The notes beneath the pieces were generated by a model, which saw nothing but the letters and a program-made list of their open reading frames with translations, made no database searches and had not been told where the DNA came from. A DNA stretch of 43,394 nt, from assembly GCA_050693275.1 (NCBI GenBank), contig JBOGWD010000229.1, positions 1 to 43,394 of the forward strand, read 5' to 3'. Position numbers and translations under genes: made by a program. Each line of letters begins with the position of its first letter. The stretch's first letter is position 1. The stretch comes from Actinomycetota bacterium. GTDB lineage: Bacteria; Actinomycetota; UBA4738; CALAEC01. Shown here in pieces: positions 33,430 through 42,801 of this stretch.

Positions 33430-34812
33430 ATGGCCGACCTGATGGACGCCATCACCTCCCTGGCCAAGCGCCGGGGGATCGTCTTCCAGTCCAGCGAGAT
33501 CTACGGCGGCCTGCGCTCCTTCTGGGACTACGGGCCGCTGGGGGTGGAGCTGAAGCGCAACGTCCGGGCGGCGTGGTGGCGGGACGTGGTCCAGATGCGG
33601 GACAACGTTGTGGGGCTGGAGTCCTCGATCATGATGTCGCCGAAGGTGTGGGAGGCCAGCGGCCACCTCGAGTCGTTCACCGATCCGCTGGTCGAGTGCC
33701 TCAACTGCCACCAGCGGTTCCGGGCCGACCACCTTCCGGGGTTCCACGCGCCGCAGTCCGGCCACGAGGCGGGGGAGGATGCCCGAACCCTCGACATGAC
33801 GGAGAAGCCCAGGTGCCCGAACTGCGGCCACGACCGGTTCACCGACCCCCGAAACTTCAACCTGATGTTCAAGACGCATATGGGTCCGGTTGAGGATGAG
33901 GCTCACGAGGTGTTCCTTCGCCCCGAGACCGCCCAGGGGATGTTCGTGGACTTCGTCACGGTCCAGGGCGCCAGCCGGAAGAAGCTGCCGTTCGGCATCG
34001 CCCAGGTCGGGAAGTCGTTCCGCAACGAGATCACTCCGGGGAACTTCATCTACCGGACCCGGGAGTTTGAGCAGATGGAGATGGAGTTCTTCTGCGAGCC
34101 CGGGACCGACGAGGAGTGGCACGAGTACTGGATCGAGCAGCGGGTGGACTGGTACAGGCGGCTGGGGATGAAGGAGGCGAACCTCCGGACCCGCGAGCAC
34201 GAGCAGGACGAGTTGAGCCACTACTCGAAGCGAACCGTGGACGTCGAGTACGCGTTCCCCTTCACGGACTGGGGCGAGCTCGAGGGGATCGCCAACCGCA
34301 CGGACTTCGACCTCAGGGCGCACGGAGAGCACTCGGGACAGGACCTGACGTACTTCGACCAGGAGAAGGACGAGCGGTTCCACCCGTACGTGATCGAGCC
34401 GGCGGCCGGCGTGGACAGGGCCGCGCTGGCGTTCCTGTGCGACGCGTACACGGTGGAGGAGGCGCCCACGGCCAAAGGGGACACTGAGAAGCGCACGGTG
34501 CTGAAGCTCCACAAGGACCTGGCCCCGATCAAGGTTGCGGTGCTGCCGCTGTCGAGGAACGAGAGGCTGGTCCCCAAGGCCCGTGAGGTGTTCGACCTTC
34601 TGAAGGGCCACTCGATGTGCGACTACGACGATGCCGGATCGATCGGCCGGCGGTACCGACGGCAGGACGAGGTCGGTACGCCGTTCTGCGTCACGGTGGA
34701 TTTCGAATCGCTCGATGACAACGCGGTGACGGTCCGCGACCGCGACTCCATGTCCCAGGATCGCCTTCCCATAGACGGTCTCGTGACGCACCTGTCCGAG
34801 CGCATCGGCTGA
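33430..34812 (+). CDS. glyQS: Glycine--tRNA ligase (dimeric class II type)
   Basis: Typical GlyQS N-terminus ...[17 protein letters not shown]..., class II motifs, and a C-terminal anticodon-binding domain. Confidence 0.95.
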   Translation: MADLMDAITSLAKRRGIVFQSSEIYGGLRSFWDYGPLGVELKRNVRAAWWRDVVQMRDNVVGLESSIMMSPKVWEASGHLESFTDPLVECLNCHQRFRADHLPGFHAPQSGHEAGEDARTLDMTEKPRCPNCGHDRFTDPRNFNLMFKTHMGPVEDEAHEVFLRPETAQGMFVDFVTVQGASRKKLPFGIAQVGKSFRNEITPGNFIYRTREFEQMEMEFFCEPGTDEEWHEYWIEQRVDWYRRLGMKEANLRTREHEQDELSHYSKRTVDVEYAFPFTDWGELEGIANRTDFDLRAHGEHSGQDLTYFDQEKDERFHPYVIEPAAGVDRAALAFLCDAYTVEEAPTAKGDTEKRTVLKLHKDLAPIKVAVLPLSRNERLVPKAREVFDLLKGHSMCDYDDAGSIGRRYRRQDEVGTPFCVTVDFESLDDNAVTVRDRDSMSQDRLPIDGLVTHLSERIG

Positions 34813-34824
34813 GCCGGCGTTCCG

Positions 34825-35460
34825 CTAGGCGGGGGTCTGGAGGGCGGCTCTGATCAGGGCGGCGCGCCGGGCGATCTCTCTCAGGTTCCCCGACTCGACA
34901 GCATAAGGGGGGGCCAGCGAGGTTCCGATGTACACGGCGAGCGCGCCGGCATCGAGGTACGAACGAAGGTTCTCGGGCCCCACTCCGCCCGACGGGATCA
35001 GAGACAGTTCGGGGAACGGAGCCAGGAGGTCTCGGATGTACTCGGGGCCCCCAACCCGCGCGGGGAAGAGCTTGATGGCCGCGGCGCCCACCTCTACCGC
35101 TGTCCGGACCTCGGTGGGGCTGAACGCGCCGAGGATCACCGGCACGTCGAGGTCGAGGCACGTGTCGACGACATCGGGCCGAACCGTGGGCGTCACCACG
35201 AAGCGAGCTCCGGCGTCGATCGCCTGACGGGCCTGCTCCGGCACCAGCACCGTGCCAGCGCCGACCAGCGCCCCGCCGTCGGTCGAGGCCCGGATCGCGG
35301 GGAGGATGTCGGGAATGGTGAACGTGTACTCCACGCACCGGATGCCGTTCGCCACGAACGTCTGGGCCAGGCCCGCCGGGTCCGCGACCCGGGATCCCCG
35401 AACCACTGCGATCACCCGGTCTTGCCGAAGGGACTCCAGGGGCGCGCTGTCGACCGCCAC
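34825..35460 (-). CDS. eda: 2-dehydro-3-deoxyphosphogluconate / 4-hydroxy-2-oxoglutarate aldolase
   Basis: KDPG aldolase pattern: VIAVVRG..., CVEYTFT, GAGTVL, FVVTP, and IKLFPA (catalytic Lys). Confidence 0.85.
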   Translation of the reverse strand: MAVDSAPLESLRQDRVIAVVRGSRVADPAGLAQTFVANGIRCVEYTFTIPDILPAIRASTDGGALVGAGTVLVPEQARQAIDAGARFVVTPTVRPDVVDTCLDLDVPVILGAFSPTEVRTAVEVGAAAIKLFPARVGGPEYIRDLLAPFPELSLIPSGGVGPENLRSYLDAGALAVYIGTSLAPPYAVESGNLREIARRAALIRAALQTPA

Positions 35461-35463
35461 CGG

Positions 35464-36483
35464 TCAGCCCTCCTCGGAGGTCGTACTGATCCGGCTGACC
35501 TCGAGGCCCTCGGCAGCGAGGAACCGGTCGACCTGTGCCCGCGTGGGGATCGGCTCCACCGCGCCAAGACCCGACGAGGTCAGGGCCGCCACCGCGTTGG
35601 CAAACTCGGCGGCCTGTCGGGGCCGACTCCCGTCCAGCCACCGCACCAGGAACCCAGCGTCGAACGAATCGCCCGCCCCGGTGGTGTCCACCGGCCGAAC
35701 CGGAAACGCCGGCACGGACACCCGGCCCCCGTCGGACTCCATCACCCGGCAGCCTCGGTTTCCCGTCTTGACGACGACCATCCGCGGGCCGTGTGCAAGC
35801 ATCTCCTCCACGGAACGATCGACCGGTGCGTCGCCGTACAGATAGCGGAGATCCTCGTCGCTCACGAACACGATGTCGGCGAGCTCCACGGTCGACTCGA
35901 ACATCTCTCTGAGTTCGGGCAGAGGAGCGAGCTTGGGGCGAACGTTGGCGTCGTAGCTGACAGCCACGTTCCCCTCCCTGGCTGTGGCGATAGCCGCCTG
36001 GGTGGCCTCGCGGCAGGATTCGGAGATCGCCTGCGTGATCCCGCTGATGTGAAGGACGCGCGCGCCCCCGAGGTAGTGGGGGTCGAGATCAGCGGGTTGG
36101 AGCCGGCTTGCCGCCGAACCCTGACGGTAGTAAGTGAAGTCGTGGACGCCATCATCCTCGAACGCCACGAAGTACACGCCGGTGAAGGCCTCTGGATCGA
36201 TCACCACCCGCGACGTGTCTATGCCTTCCTCCTGCCACAGCGCCAGGAACGAGCGGCCGAACTCGTCGGATCCCAGCCGCGTGACGTATCCGACCGAGGA
36301 GCCGAGCCTCGCCGCAGCGACTGCGGCGTTCGAGGTGTCGCCGCCCCAGCCTCGGCGGAACGTGCGCATGGTTCCTAGCGAGCCCTGCTCCTCTGCGGTG
36401 AACTCCACGAGGGGCTCCCCGAGGGCGACGATGTCCAGGGAAGAAGGACGTGCGCCGCTCTCTGGGTTGCGTCCCTTACCCAT
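35464..36483 (-). CDS. kdgK: PfkB-family sugar kinase, 2-dehydro-3-deoxygluconokinase-like
   Basis: ALGEPLVEF...GGDTSNAAVAAARLG and the PfkB signature VDTTGAGDSF. It is adjacent to eda. Confidence 0.85.
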   Translation of the reverse strand: MGKGRNPESGARPSSLDIVALGEPLVEFTAEEQGSLGTMRTFRRGWGGDTSNAAVAAARLGSSVGYVTRLGSDEFGRSFLALWQEEGIDTSRVVIDPEAFTGVYFVAFEDDGVHDFTYYRQGSAASRLQPADLDPHYLGGARVLHISGITQAISESCREATQAAIATAREGNVAVSYDANVRPKLAPLPELREMFESTVELADIVFVSDEDLRYLYGDAPVDRSVEEMLAHGPRMVVVKTGNRGCRVMESDGGRVSVPAFPVRPVDTTGAGDSFDAGFLVRWLDGSRPRQAAEFANAVAALTSSGLGAVEPIPTRAQVDRFLAAEGLEVSRISTTSEEG

Positions 36484-36486
36484 GGC

Positions 36487-37482
36487 TCAGGACAACTCGT
36501 CGGCCGTGGTTATGCGGCGGGCCAGGACCGCCACGACGATGATCAGACCCTTGAGGATCTGCTGGTAGTACGACTGGACGTTGAAGAGGTTGAGCAGGTT
36601 GTCGATCAGTCCAAGCGTAAGCACGCCGCCGAGGGTCCCGATGACGCTCCCACCCCCTCCGCCGAGGATCGCCCCACCGATCACGCACGCTGCGATGGCG
36701 TCCAGCTCGTACCCGACCCCCACGTTCGGCTGGGCGATTCCCAAGCGGGAAACCAAGAGAACACCGGCCAACGCGGAGAGGAATCCCGACAGGATGTAGG
36801 CCAGGACCATGTGAGGCCGGACGGGGACGCCGGCGAGCCTGACGGCTTCCGCGTTGCCACCGATGGCCACGATGGCTCGGCCTGGTGTGGTGCGGCCGAC
36901 GAACAGCCACACGATGACGTAGCAGATGACCATGAAAACGACGGGGACCGGGACGGGTCCGATAAAGCCTCCTCCAAGGAGCGATCGGAACGAGAGATCG
37001 GCCGGGGTGATCGGGGTATCCGAGTACACGAACACCAGGCCCCGGAACGCGCTCAGCGTGGCCAGGGTGACAATGAACGGAGCCAGTCTGAACCGGGCCA
37101 CCAGGAACCCGTTGACTGCTCCCGCCGTGCTGCCCACCGCCAGCGCGATGACCACGGCCAGCGCCACCGGCAGGTCGGCCTGGACCCCCGAGGCCATGAT
37201 CCCCGCAAGCGCCACGACCGCGCCAACCGAAAGGTCGATCCCCCCTGTAAGGATGACCACCAGCATGCCCAGGCTGATCAGCCCGTTGGTCACGATCTGG
37301 CGGGCGATGTTGGTCAGGTTGGTCTGGCTGAAGAAGAACTCTGACGAGAAGGCCGCGACCAGCACCAGGAGCACGAACACCGCCATGAACGCGTAGTCGA
37401 CCACCCGGCCCCGGCTGCCGCTCCCCAGGCGCTTCCAAGGCAACCCTCGGCCCCCCAGCCCCGTGGCCGCGCCATCCTTCAC
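36487..37482 (-). CDS. Sugar ABC transporter permease (RbsC/AraH-like)
   Basis: Polytopic, with the LTGGIDLSVGAV motif. GTG 37482 overlaps the ATPase stop (GTGA). The upstream part of track ORF 36487-38079 is an artefact. Confidence 0.9.
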   Translation of the reverse strand: MKDGAATGLGGRGLPWKRLGSGSRGRVVDYAFMAVFVLLVLVAAFSSEFFFSQTNLTNIARQIVTNGLISLGMLVVILTGGIDLSVGAVVALAGIMASGVQADLPVALAVVIALAVGSTAGAVNGFLVARFRLAPFIVTLATLSAFRGLVFVYSDTPITPADLSFRSLLGGGFIGPVPVPVVFMVICYVIVWLFVGRTTPGRAIVAIGGNAEAVRLAGVPVRPHMVLAYILSGFLSALAGVLLVSRLGIAQPNVGVGYELDAIAACVIGGAILGGGGGSVIGTLGGVLTLGLIDNLLNLFNVQSYYQQILKGLIIVVAVLARRITTADELS

Positions 37483-38990
37483 GATCGACCCCCCGCCGCC
37501 GGCGCCAGCAGGGCCTCCTCCGTGGCCCGGGCTCGATCGAACTCGCCGACCATGCGTCCCTTCCGCATCACCAGAACGCGGTCGCTCATCCCCAGGATCT
37601 CCGGCAGCTCCGAGGAGATGAGCAGGATGCCCACGCCCCGCTGGGCCAGGGCGGCGGTCATCTGGTACATGTCGACTTTCGTGGCCACGTCGACCCCCCG
37701 GGTGGGCTCGTCGAGGATGAGGACCTTCGCCGCGGTCAGCAGCCATTTGGCCAGCATGACCTTCTGCTGGTTCCCCCCGCTCAGGCGGCCGACGACGCGC
37801 CACGGCTGGGGCGGGCGGATGTCGAGCTCGCGAACCTTGGCCTCCACGACCCGCTCCTGCATCCGGCGATCCAGCAGCCCCCACCGCCCCAGACGCCGCA
37901 ACGAGGCCAGGCTGACGTTGTCGCGGACGGTGTCCGTGATCACCAAGCCGTCTCGGGCCCGGTCCTCGGTGAGGTAGGCCACGCCCGCAGCGACGGCTTC
38001 GGCGGGGGAGCGTGGCCGGAAGGGCCGCCCTTCCAGGCGCATGTGGCCCGAGGTGGCGGGCTCCGCGCCGAAGATGCATCGGGCCATCTCCGTGCGGCCG
38101 CTTCCTACCAACCCGAAGAGCCCCACGATCTCGCCCCGGGCAAGCGAGAACGACACGTCGGCGAAGGCTGCGTCGCGGCCCAGCCCGTGGATGCCGAGCA
38201 CCTCTTCCCCCCGACCTCCACCACGCCTCGGATAGATCTCCTCCAGGGTCCGGCCGACCATCATCCGGATCAGCTCTCGCTCGTCGGTCTCCCGGGGCCT
38301 CACCGTTCCCACGACCTCGCGGTCTTTGAGGACGGTGATGCGGTCGGCGATCTCGAAGACTTCCTCCAGGCGATGTGAGACGTAGAACACCAGCGTTCCC
38401 TCTCGGGCGAGTCGCCGGACCAGGTCGAAGAGGCGGCTGAGCTCCTCCCGCGACAAAACCGCGGACGGCTCGTCGAGGATCAGGACCTGAGGCCGCTCGA
38501 TAACGGCCTTGGCGATCTCGACCAACTGCCGGCCCGACACCCGCAGCCGGGAGACTGGTCGTCGGACGTCCAGACCGGTGAAGCCGATCTCATCCAGGAG
38601 ATCCTCGGCCGAGCGGTTCATCTTCGACGGGTCCACCCACCAGCGATTCCTGCGGAGGGACCCGCGGCTGAGCCATATGTTCTCGGCGATCGAGAGATTG
38701 GGGACCAGGCTGAACTCCTGGTAGACGGCGTGCACCCCCAGCCGGCGGCCCTCCGCGGGCTCATTGATGCGGACGGGGGTCCCGTCCAACCGGATGTCTC
38801 CTTCCTCGGGCTGCACGGCGCCCGAGAGAACCTTCATGAGCGTCGACTTTCCGGCCCCATTCTCTCCGACCAAGGCGTGGACCTCGCCCGGCAGGCCCGT
38901 CAGGCCCACGCCCCGGAGGGCGATCGTCACCCCGTAGCGCTTGCTGATCCCCCGCATCTCGACGGCGGGAGCATGGCCGCCGCCGCTCAC
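37479..38990 (-). CDS. Sugar ABC transporter ATP-binding protein (fused double ABC domain, RbsA-like)
   Basis: Walker A GENGAGKST, signature LSGGNQQKV, and two nucleotide-binding domains. Confidence 0.95.
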   Translation of the reverse strand: MSGGGHAPAVEMRGISKRYGVTIALRGVGLTGLPGEVHALVGENGAGKSTLMKVLSGAVQPEEGDIRLDGTPVRINEPAEGRRLGVHAVYQEFSLVPNLSIAENIWLSRGSLRRNRWWVDPSKMNRSAEDLLDEIGFTGLDVRRPVSRLRVSGRQLVEIAKAVIERPQVLILDEPSAVLSREELSRLFDLVRRLAREGTLVFYVSHRLEEVFEIADRITVLKDREVVGTVRPRETDERELIRMMVGRTLEEIYPRRGGGRGEEVLGIHGLGRDAAFADVSFSLARGEIVGLFGLVGSGRTEMARCIFGAEPATSGHMRLEGRPFRPRSPAEAVAAGVAYLTEDRARDGLVITDTVRDNVSLASLRRLGRWGLLDRRMQERVVEAKVRELDIRPPQPWRVVGRLSGGNQQKVMLAKWLLTAAKVLILDEPTRGVDVATKVDMYQMTAALAQRGVGILLISSELPEILGMSDRVLVMRKGRMVGEFDRARATEEALLAPAAGGRS

Positions 38991-38995
38991 CGTGC

Positions 38996-40441
38996 TTAGA
39001 AGGCGCCGGACAGCGCGTCGTGCACCAGGATCGACTTCTGCCGGGTCATGGCCTCCAGGGTGTCGTGGAGCCCCTCACGGCCGTGGCCGGTCAGCTTGAC
39101 GCCCCCGAACGGGAGGTTCTCCACTCGAACCGCCGAGGACCAGTTGACGATGACCCCGCCGACCTGCAGCCGGTAAGCGATGTCGAAGGCCCGGGAGATG
39201 TCCTTGGTGAACACGGCAGCCTGGAGTCCGTAGGGCGTGTCGTTGGCCAGTTCCACGGCTTCCTCCACGTTGTGGAAGGGCACGACAGGGACCACGGGGC
39301 CGAACACCTCTTCCCGGAAGAGGGGAACAGCGGGGGGCACGTCGGTGAGGACCGTGGGCTCGACGAAGGCGTCTCGCCGGTGGCCTCCTGCCCGGACGGT
39401 GGCCCCGGCGGCCACGGCCTCCTCGATGAAGGCTTCCACCCGCTCGGCGGCCTCGGTGGTGATCAGCGGGCCGACGTCGGTGTCCGCTTCCATCGGATCG
39501 CCGACTTTGAGGCCGAGGGCCTTCTCGGTCAGGAGGTCGGTCATCTCCTGGTAGGACGACGCGTCCACCAGGACCCGCTTCACCGCGCAGCAGATCTGGC
39601 CGTTGCCACGGGCCAGGCGGCCGAGCACCACGGCCTCCGCCGCCTTCTGCAGGTCGGCATCGTCGCACACGATGAGGGCGTCGTTGCCCCCCAATTCCAG
39701 GTGCACCGGCTTGAGCGTGGCCGAGGCCAGCTCCGAGATCCGTCGCCCCGTCCCCACGCTGCCGGTCACCGTGACCAGGTCGATGCCGTCCGCCGACGCC
39801 AGGAACTCGCCCACCGGCACGCCGTGGCCGGGGAGGACCTGGTGCCCACCCTGAGGCAGGCCGGCCTCCTCCAACATCTCCGCGATACGGAGCAGGGTGA
39901 GCGGGCACTCCGTCGGGGGTTTGGCGATGACCGCGTTACCGGCCGCCAGGGCCGCAGCCGCCTTGTGGGCGTAGAGCTCGATCGGGTAGTTGAACGGCAC
40001 GATGGCCGCGACCACACCGACTGGTTGGCGGACCGTCAGCGCCAGGTGTTGCTCCATCCCCGGCACGGCATCCATGGGGACCACGCGCCCGATGACCCGC
40101 TTGGCCTCCTCGCCGAACCCCCAGAAGATGCGGATGGCAACGCGAACCTCCTCCGTGGTCTGGAGGAGGGGCTTGCCATTCTCGGCGGCGAGGAGCCGGG
40201 CCAGGGCCTCCAGGTCCTCCTCCATGGCCTGGGCCGTCCGGAAGAGGATCGCCGCGCGCTGGTGGGCGGGAAGCCGAGCCATCCGCTCCTTGGCTCCTAG
40301 GGCTGCGTCCAGGGCCCGGCGGGCGTCCTCGAGCGTGGCCTGGGGGACGGAATCGATCACATCACCGGTTGCCGGGTTCCTGACCTCGATCGAGGCGCCG
40401 TCGGAAGCCTCGACCCATTCGCTATCGATCAGCATCCGCAT
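38996..40441 (-). CDS. NAD(P)-dependent aldehyde dehydrogenase (481 aa)
   Basis: Catalytic Glu motif LELGGND and catalytic Cys motif GQICCAVKR. It is embedded within the ABC transporter operon. Confidence 0.9.
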   Translation of the reverse strand: MRMLIDSEWVEASDGASIEVRNPATGDVIDSVPQATLEDARRALDAALGAKERMARLPAHQRAAILFRTAQAMEEDLEALARLLAAENGKPLLQTTEEVRVAIRIFWGFGEEAKRVIGRVVPMDAVPGMEQHLALTVRQPVGVVAAIVPFNYPIELYAHKAAAALAAGNAVIAKPPTECPLTLLRIAEMLEEAGLPQGGHQVLPGHGVPVGEFLASADGIDLVTVTGSVGTGRRISELASATLKPVHLELGGNDALIVCDDADLQKAAEAVVLGRLARGNGQICCAVKRVLVDASSYQEMTDLLTEKALGLKVGDPMEADTDVGPLITTEAAERVEAFIEEAVAAGATVRAGGHRRDAFVEPTVLTDVPPAVPLFREEVFGPVVPVVPFHNVEEAVELANDTPYGLQAAVFTKDISRAFDIAYRLQVGGVIVNWSSAVRVENLPFGGVKLTGHGREGLHDTLEAMTRQKSILVHDALSGAF

Positions 40442-40503
40442 GGCGCATCCCCCGCTGGGCGGACGATATCCGGTGTCGCCGCTCGCGTGCGAGCCGGCAG
40501 CCC

Positions 40504-41475
40504 TTAGAAGACGCTGTCGGGGTCGTAATAGCTCTCGACGTTCTCCCTGGTGATCAGGGGGGAGGGCAGGACGGTGTCCTTCTCAGAATCGGCCCCGGCC
40601 AGGATGGCCATCAGCCGGTGGAAGCCGGCTCGCCCGATCTGGTCCGAATCGTTGAGCCCCGTGGCCTCGTAGTTGGTGCCCTCCAGGATGGCCAGGAGCG
40701 CCTCCTTCTGCCCGTCCACCCCGACCAGGAAGATCTCGTCGCTGCGCCCAGCATCCTCGATGGCCGTCTGCGCCCCGAGGCACATCGAGTCGTTCTCGCA
40801 GAAGACGACGTCGATGTCATCGTGGGCGGCGAGCAGGTCCTCCGTGACGGCCAGACCACCGTCCTCGCTCCACTCGCCGAACTGAGGCGCCCGGACCACC
40901 TCGATGTCGGTCTGCTCCACGACCGACAGCATCCCATTGGTCCGGGCCAGCCCGATCGTGTTGTCGGCGGGGCCGCCGCTGATCACCACCAGCTTGCCTT
41001 CCCCTCCGAGACGGTCCGCGATGTACTCGCCGTCCTGCCGGCCGATGGCTTCGTTGTCCGGCCCGATCCAGCTGGTGTAGGGACCGTCGGTCAGCTTCCG
41101 GTCGACCATGACCACAGGGACGTCTGCCCGGTCGGCCGCCTCCAGAGCGGCCGGGGCGGCCTCCAGGGGGCCCGCGCTGATGATCAGGCCGTCGATCCCC
41201 TGGGCCAGGAGGTCCTCGATGTCGGAGGTGAGCTTGGCCGCGTCGCCGTTGGCGTCCGTGGAGATCACCTCGACGTTCCCGTAGGCCTCGGCTTCCTGCT
41301 GGGCCGCTTCGTCCATGCCGATGAAGTACGCACAGCACAGGGTGAAGTTGGCCATGCCGATCCGCAGGCTCTCGGCCTGCTCACCTCCGTCTTCCTGGGC
41401 TTCTCCGCCTCCTTCGGTGCACGCGCCCAGCACCAGCACCGCGGCGAGACCCACACCAGCAAGCCGCACCTTCAT
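40504..41475 (-). CDS. Sugar ABC transporter substrate-binding lipoprotein (periplasmic binding protein type 1, RbsB-like)
   Basis: MKVRLAGVGLAAVLVLGAC has a lipobox, followed by a type I PBP fold pattern. ATG 41475 has a G-rich Shine-Dalgarno. The rest of track ORF 40504-42207 is an artefact. Confidence 0.85.
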   Translation of the reverse strand: MKVRLAGVGLAAVLVLGACTEGGGEAQEDGGEQAESLRIGMANFTLCCAYFIGMDEAAQQEAEAYGNVEVISTDANGDAAKLTSDIEDLLAQGIDGLIISAGPLEAAPAALEAADRADVPVVMVDRKLTDGPYTSWIGPDNEAIGRQDGEYIADRLGGEGKLVVISGGPADNTIGLARTNGMLSVVEQTDIEVVRAPQFGEWSEDGGLAVTEDLLAAHDDIDVVFCENDSMCLGAQTAIEDAGRSDEIFLVGVDGQKEALLAILEGTNYEATGLNDSDQIGRAGFHRLMAILAGADSEKDTVLPSPLITRENVESYYDPDSVF

Positions 41476-41497
41476 GCTCGCCCCCCCTCGACTTGCA

Positions 41498-41522
41498 CAG
41501 GATTTCGATATATGAAACCCTG
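41498..41522. promoter_or_regulatory. Inverted repeat CAGGATTTC-N7-GAAACCCTG in the only AT-rich patch of the divergent IclR/ABC intergenic region. Candidate IclR (KdgR-like) operator.
   Basis: The arms match at 8 of 9 positions. The core TTTC-N7-GAAA resembles KdgR/IclR half-sites. It lies between divergent starts at 41475 (-) and 41593 (+). Confidence 0.4.
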
Positions 41523-41592
41523 TTCCTATGACCGCAATCGAGTCTACCCCGGGGGTTCGGGGTCCGCAAATCGAGCTCGGGGAGGCGGAACG

Positions 41593-42357
41593 GTGAGTCA
41601 GTCGGCCCGCCGCACGGTGCAGATCGTGGAGTATCTGGCTGAGACTGGCCCGTCGAGCCTGTCGTCCATCGCCTCCTCCCTGACGTTGAACAAGTCCACG
41701 GCCTTCCGCTTCGTCTCCGCCCTGGCGGTGATGGGGTGGGTCCATCAGGACCCCTCCACCCGGGTGTACGGGCTGAGCCCGAAGGTCCTGGAACTGGGCT
41801 CGATGGTGCTCGATCGCATGGAGGTCCGGAAGGAGGTTCGGCCTCACCTGGAGCGGTTGGCCGAGCTCACATCGGAGACTTCCCACCTCGGCGTCCTGGA
41901 TGGGCTGGAGATGGTGTACATCGACAAGGTGGAAGGACGGCAGGCGGTGAGCATGGCGTCGCGAGTCGGTGCACGGGGTGCCTGCCATTCGACGGCGCTG
42001 GGGAAGGTCCTGTTGGCCGCCCGAACCGAGGAGGAATGGGTCCGCTACGCGGAGGAGGTGGGACTGTCCCCCCGGACCGACCGCACCGTGGTGCACCCGA
42101 AGCGGTTCCTTGAGGAGCTGAAGCGGGTCCGCCGGCGAGGCTACGCCGTCGACAACGTCGAGAACGAGGACGGGATCCGCTGTGTTGCTGCCCCGGTCCG
42201 CGACCACACCGGAGCGGTGGTGGCGGCGATGAGCGTCTCCGGGTGGACGGTGAGCATGACCCCGGACCGCCTTCCCGAGGTGATCCCGGTCGTTACGGCG
42301 CAGGCGGACCGGGCCTCGGCCGCACTGGGCTTCCCGACCGGCGTCGGCGCCACGTAG
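41593..42357 (+). CDS. IclR-family transcriptional regulator (KdgR-like)
   Basis: N-terminal wHTH (VQIVEYLAETGPSSLSSIASSLTLNKSTAFRFVSAL) and a C-terminal IclR effector domain (GYAVDNVENEDGIRCVAAPV). GTG 41593 has a GGGGAGG Shine-Dalgarno. Confidence 0.9.
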   Translation: MSQSARRTVQIVEYLAETGPSSLSSIASSLTLNKSTAFRFVSALAVMGWVHQDPSTRVYGLSPKVLELGSMVLDRMEVRKEVRPHLERLAELTSETSHLGVLDGLEMVYIDKVEGRQAVSMASRVGARGACHSTALGKVLLAARTEEEWVRYAEEVGLSPRTDRTVVHPKRFLEELKRVRRRGYAVDNVENEDGIRCVAAPVRDHTGAVVAAMSVSGWTVSMTPDRLPEVIPVVTAQADRASAALGFPTGVGAT

Positions 42358-42362
42358 GCTCT

Positions 42363-42695
42363 TCAGGCGAGGCGGGCCGTGCCGAACGCCAGCGTGGCCA
42401 CGGCCAGCACCATCGCCGAGTTCGTGACCAGGAAGGTGCGGAAAAGCGTCTTCGTCTGCTCGTTCACCTGTCCCAGCAGGTCCGCCCTGAGGTCGGACAA
42501 CTTGCGGTCCATGCGCTCCTCGAGCAGATCGAACCTGGATCCGACCCGCTCTTCGAGCAACCGGAGCTCGGTCCTCAGGTCCTCCACTCCCCGTCTTGTC
42601 CTGCTGAGCTCGTCCATCAGCGTCCGAGCCTCGTCGGTACCGAGGACCTCTTCGAGCCGCCGGTGAAGCTCCCGTCGAGGTTCATCCACTGCCAT
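42363..42695 (-). CDS. Hypothetical coiled-coil protein with a C-terminal TM anchor (DUF1640-like appearance)
   Basis: Heptad-like charged region (DLRTELRLLEERVGSRFDLLEERMDRKLSDLRADLL), then a hydrophobic tail FLVTNSAMVLAVATLAF. ATG 42695 has a GGAGG Shine-Dalgarno 7 nt upstream. The track start 42722 is TTG. Confidence 0.45.
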   Translation of the reverse strand: MAVDEPRRELHRRLEEVLGTDEARTLMDELSRTRRGVEDLRTELRLLEERVGSRFDLLEERMDRKLSDLRADLLGQVNEQTKTLFRTFLVTNSAMVLAVATLAFGTARLA

Positions 42696-42801
42696 TCTGG
42701 GCCTCCATCGGACGCCTGACAAGGCAGGCGAACTGTCTGGGGAGGCGGGAGGACGGTATCAGGGGCCGCTGACACCCTGGCCGGGAGCCGTCATCATAGG
42801 G

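Noticed and set aside
33385-34791. A 468-aa minus-strand ORF antisense to glyQS
   Set aside because: It is an almost exact mirror of a clearly real aminoacyl-tRNA synthetase gene, and its translation has no family resemblance.
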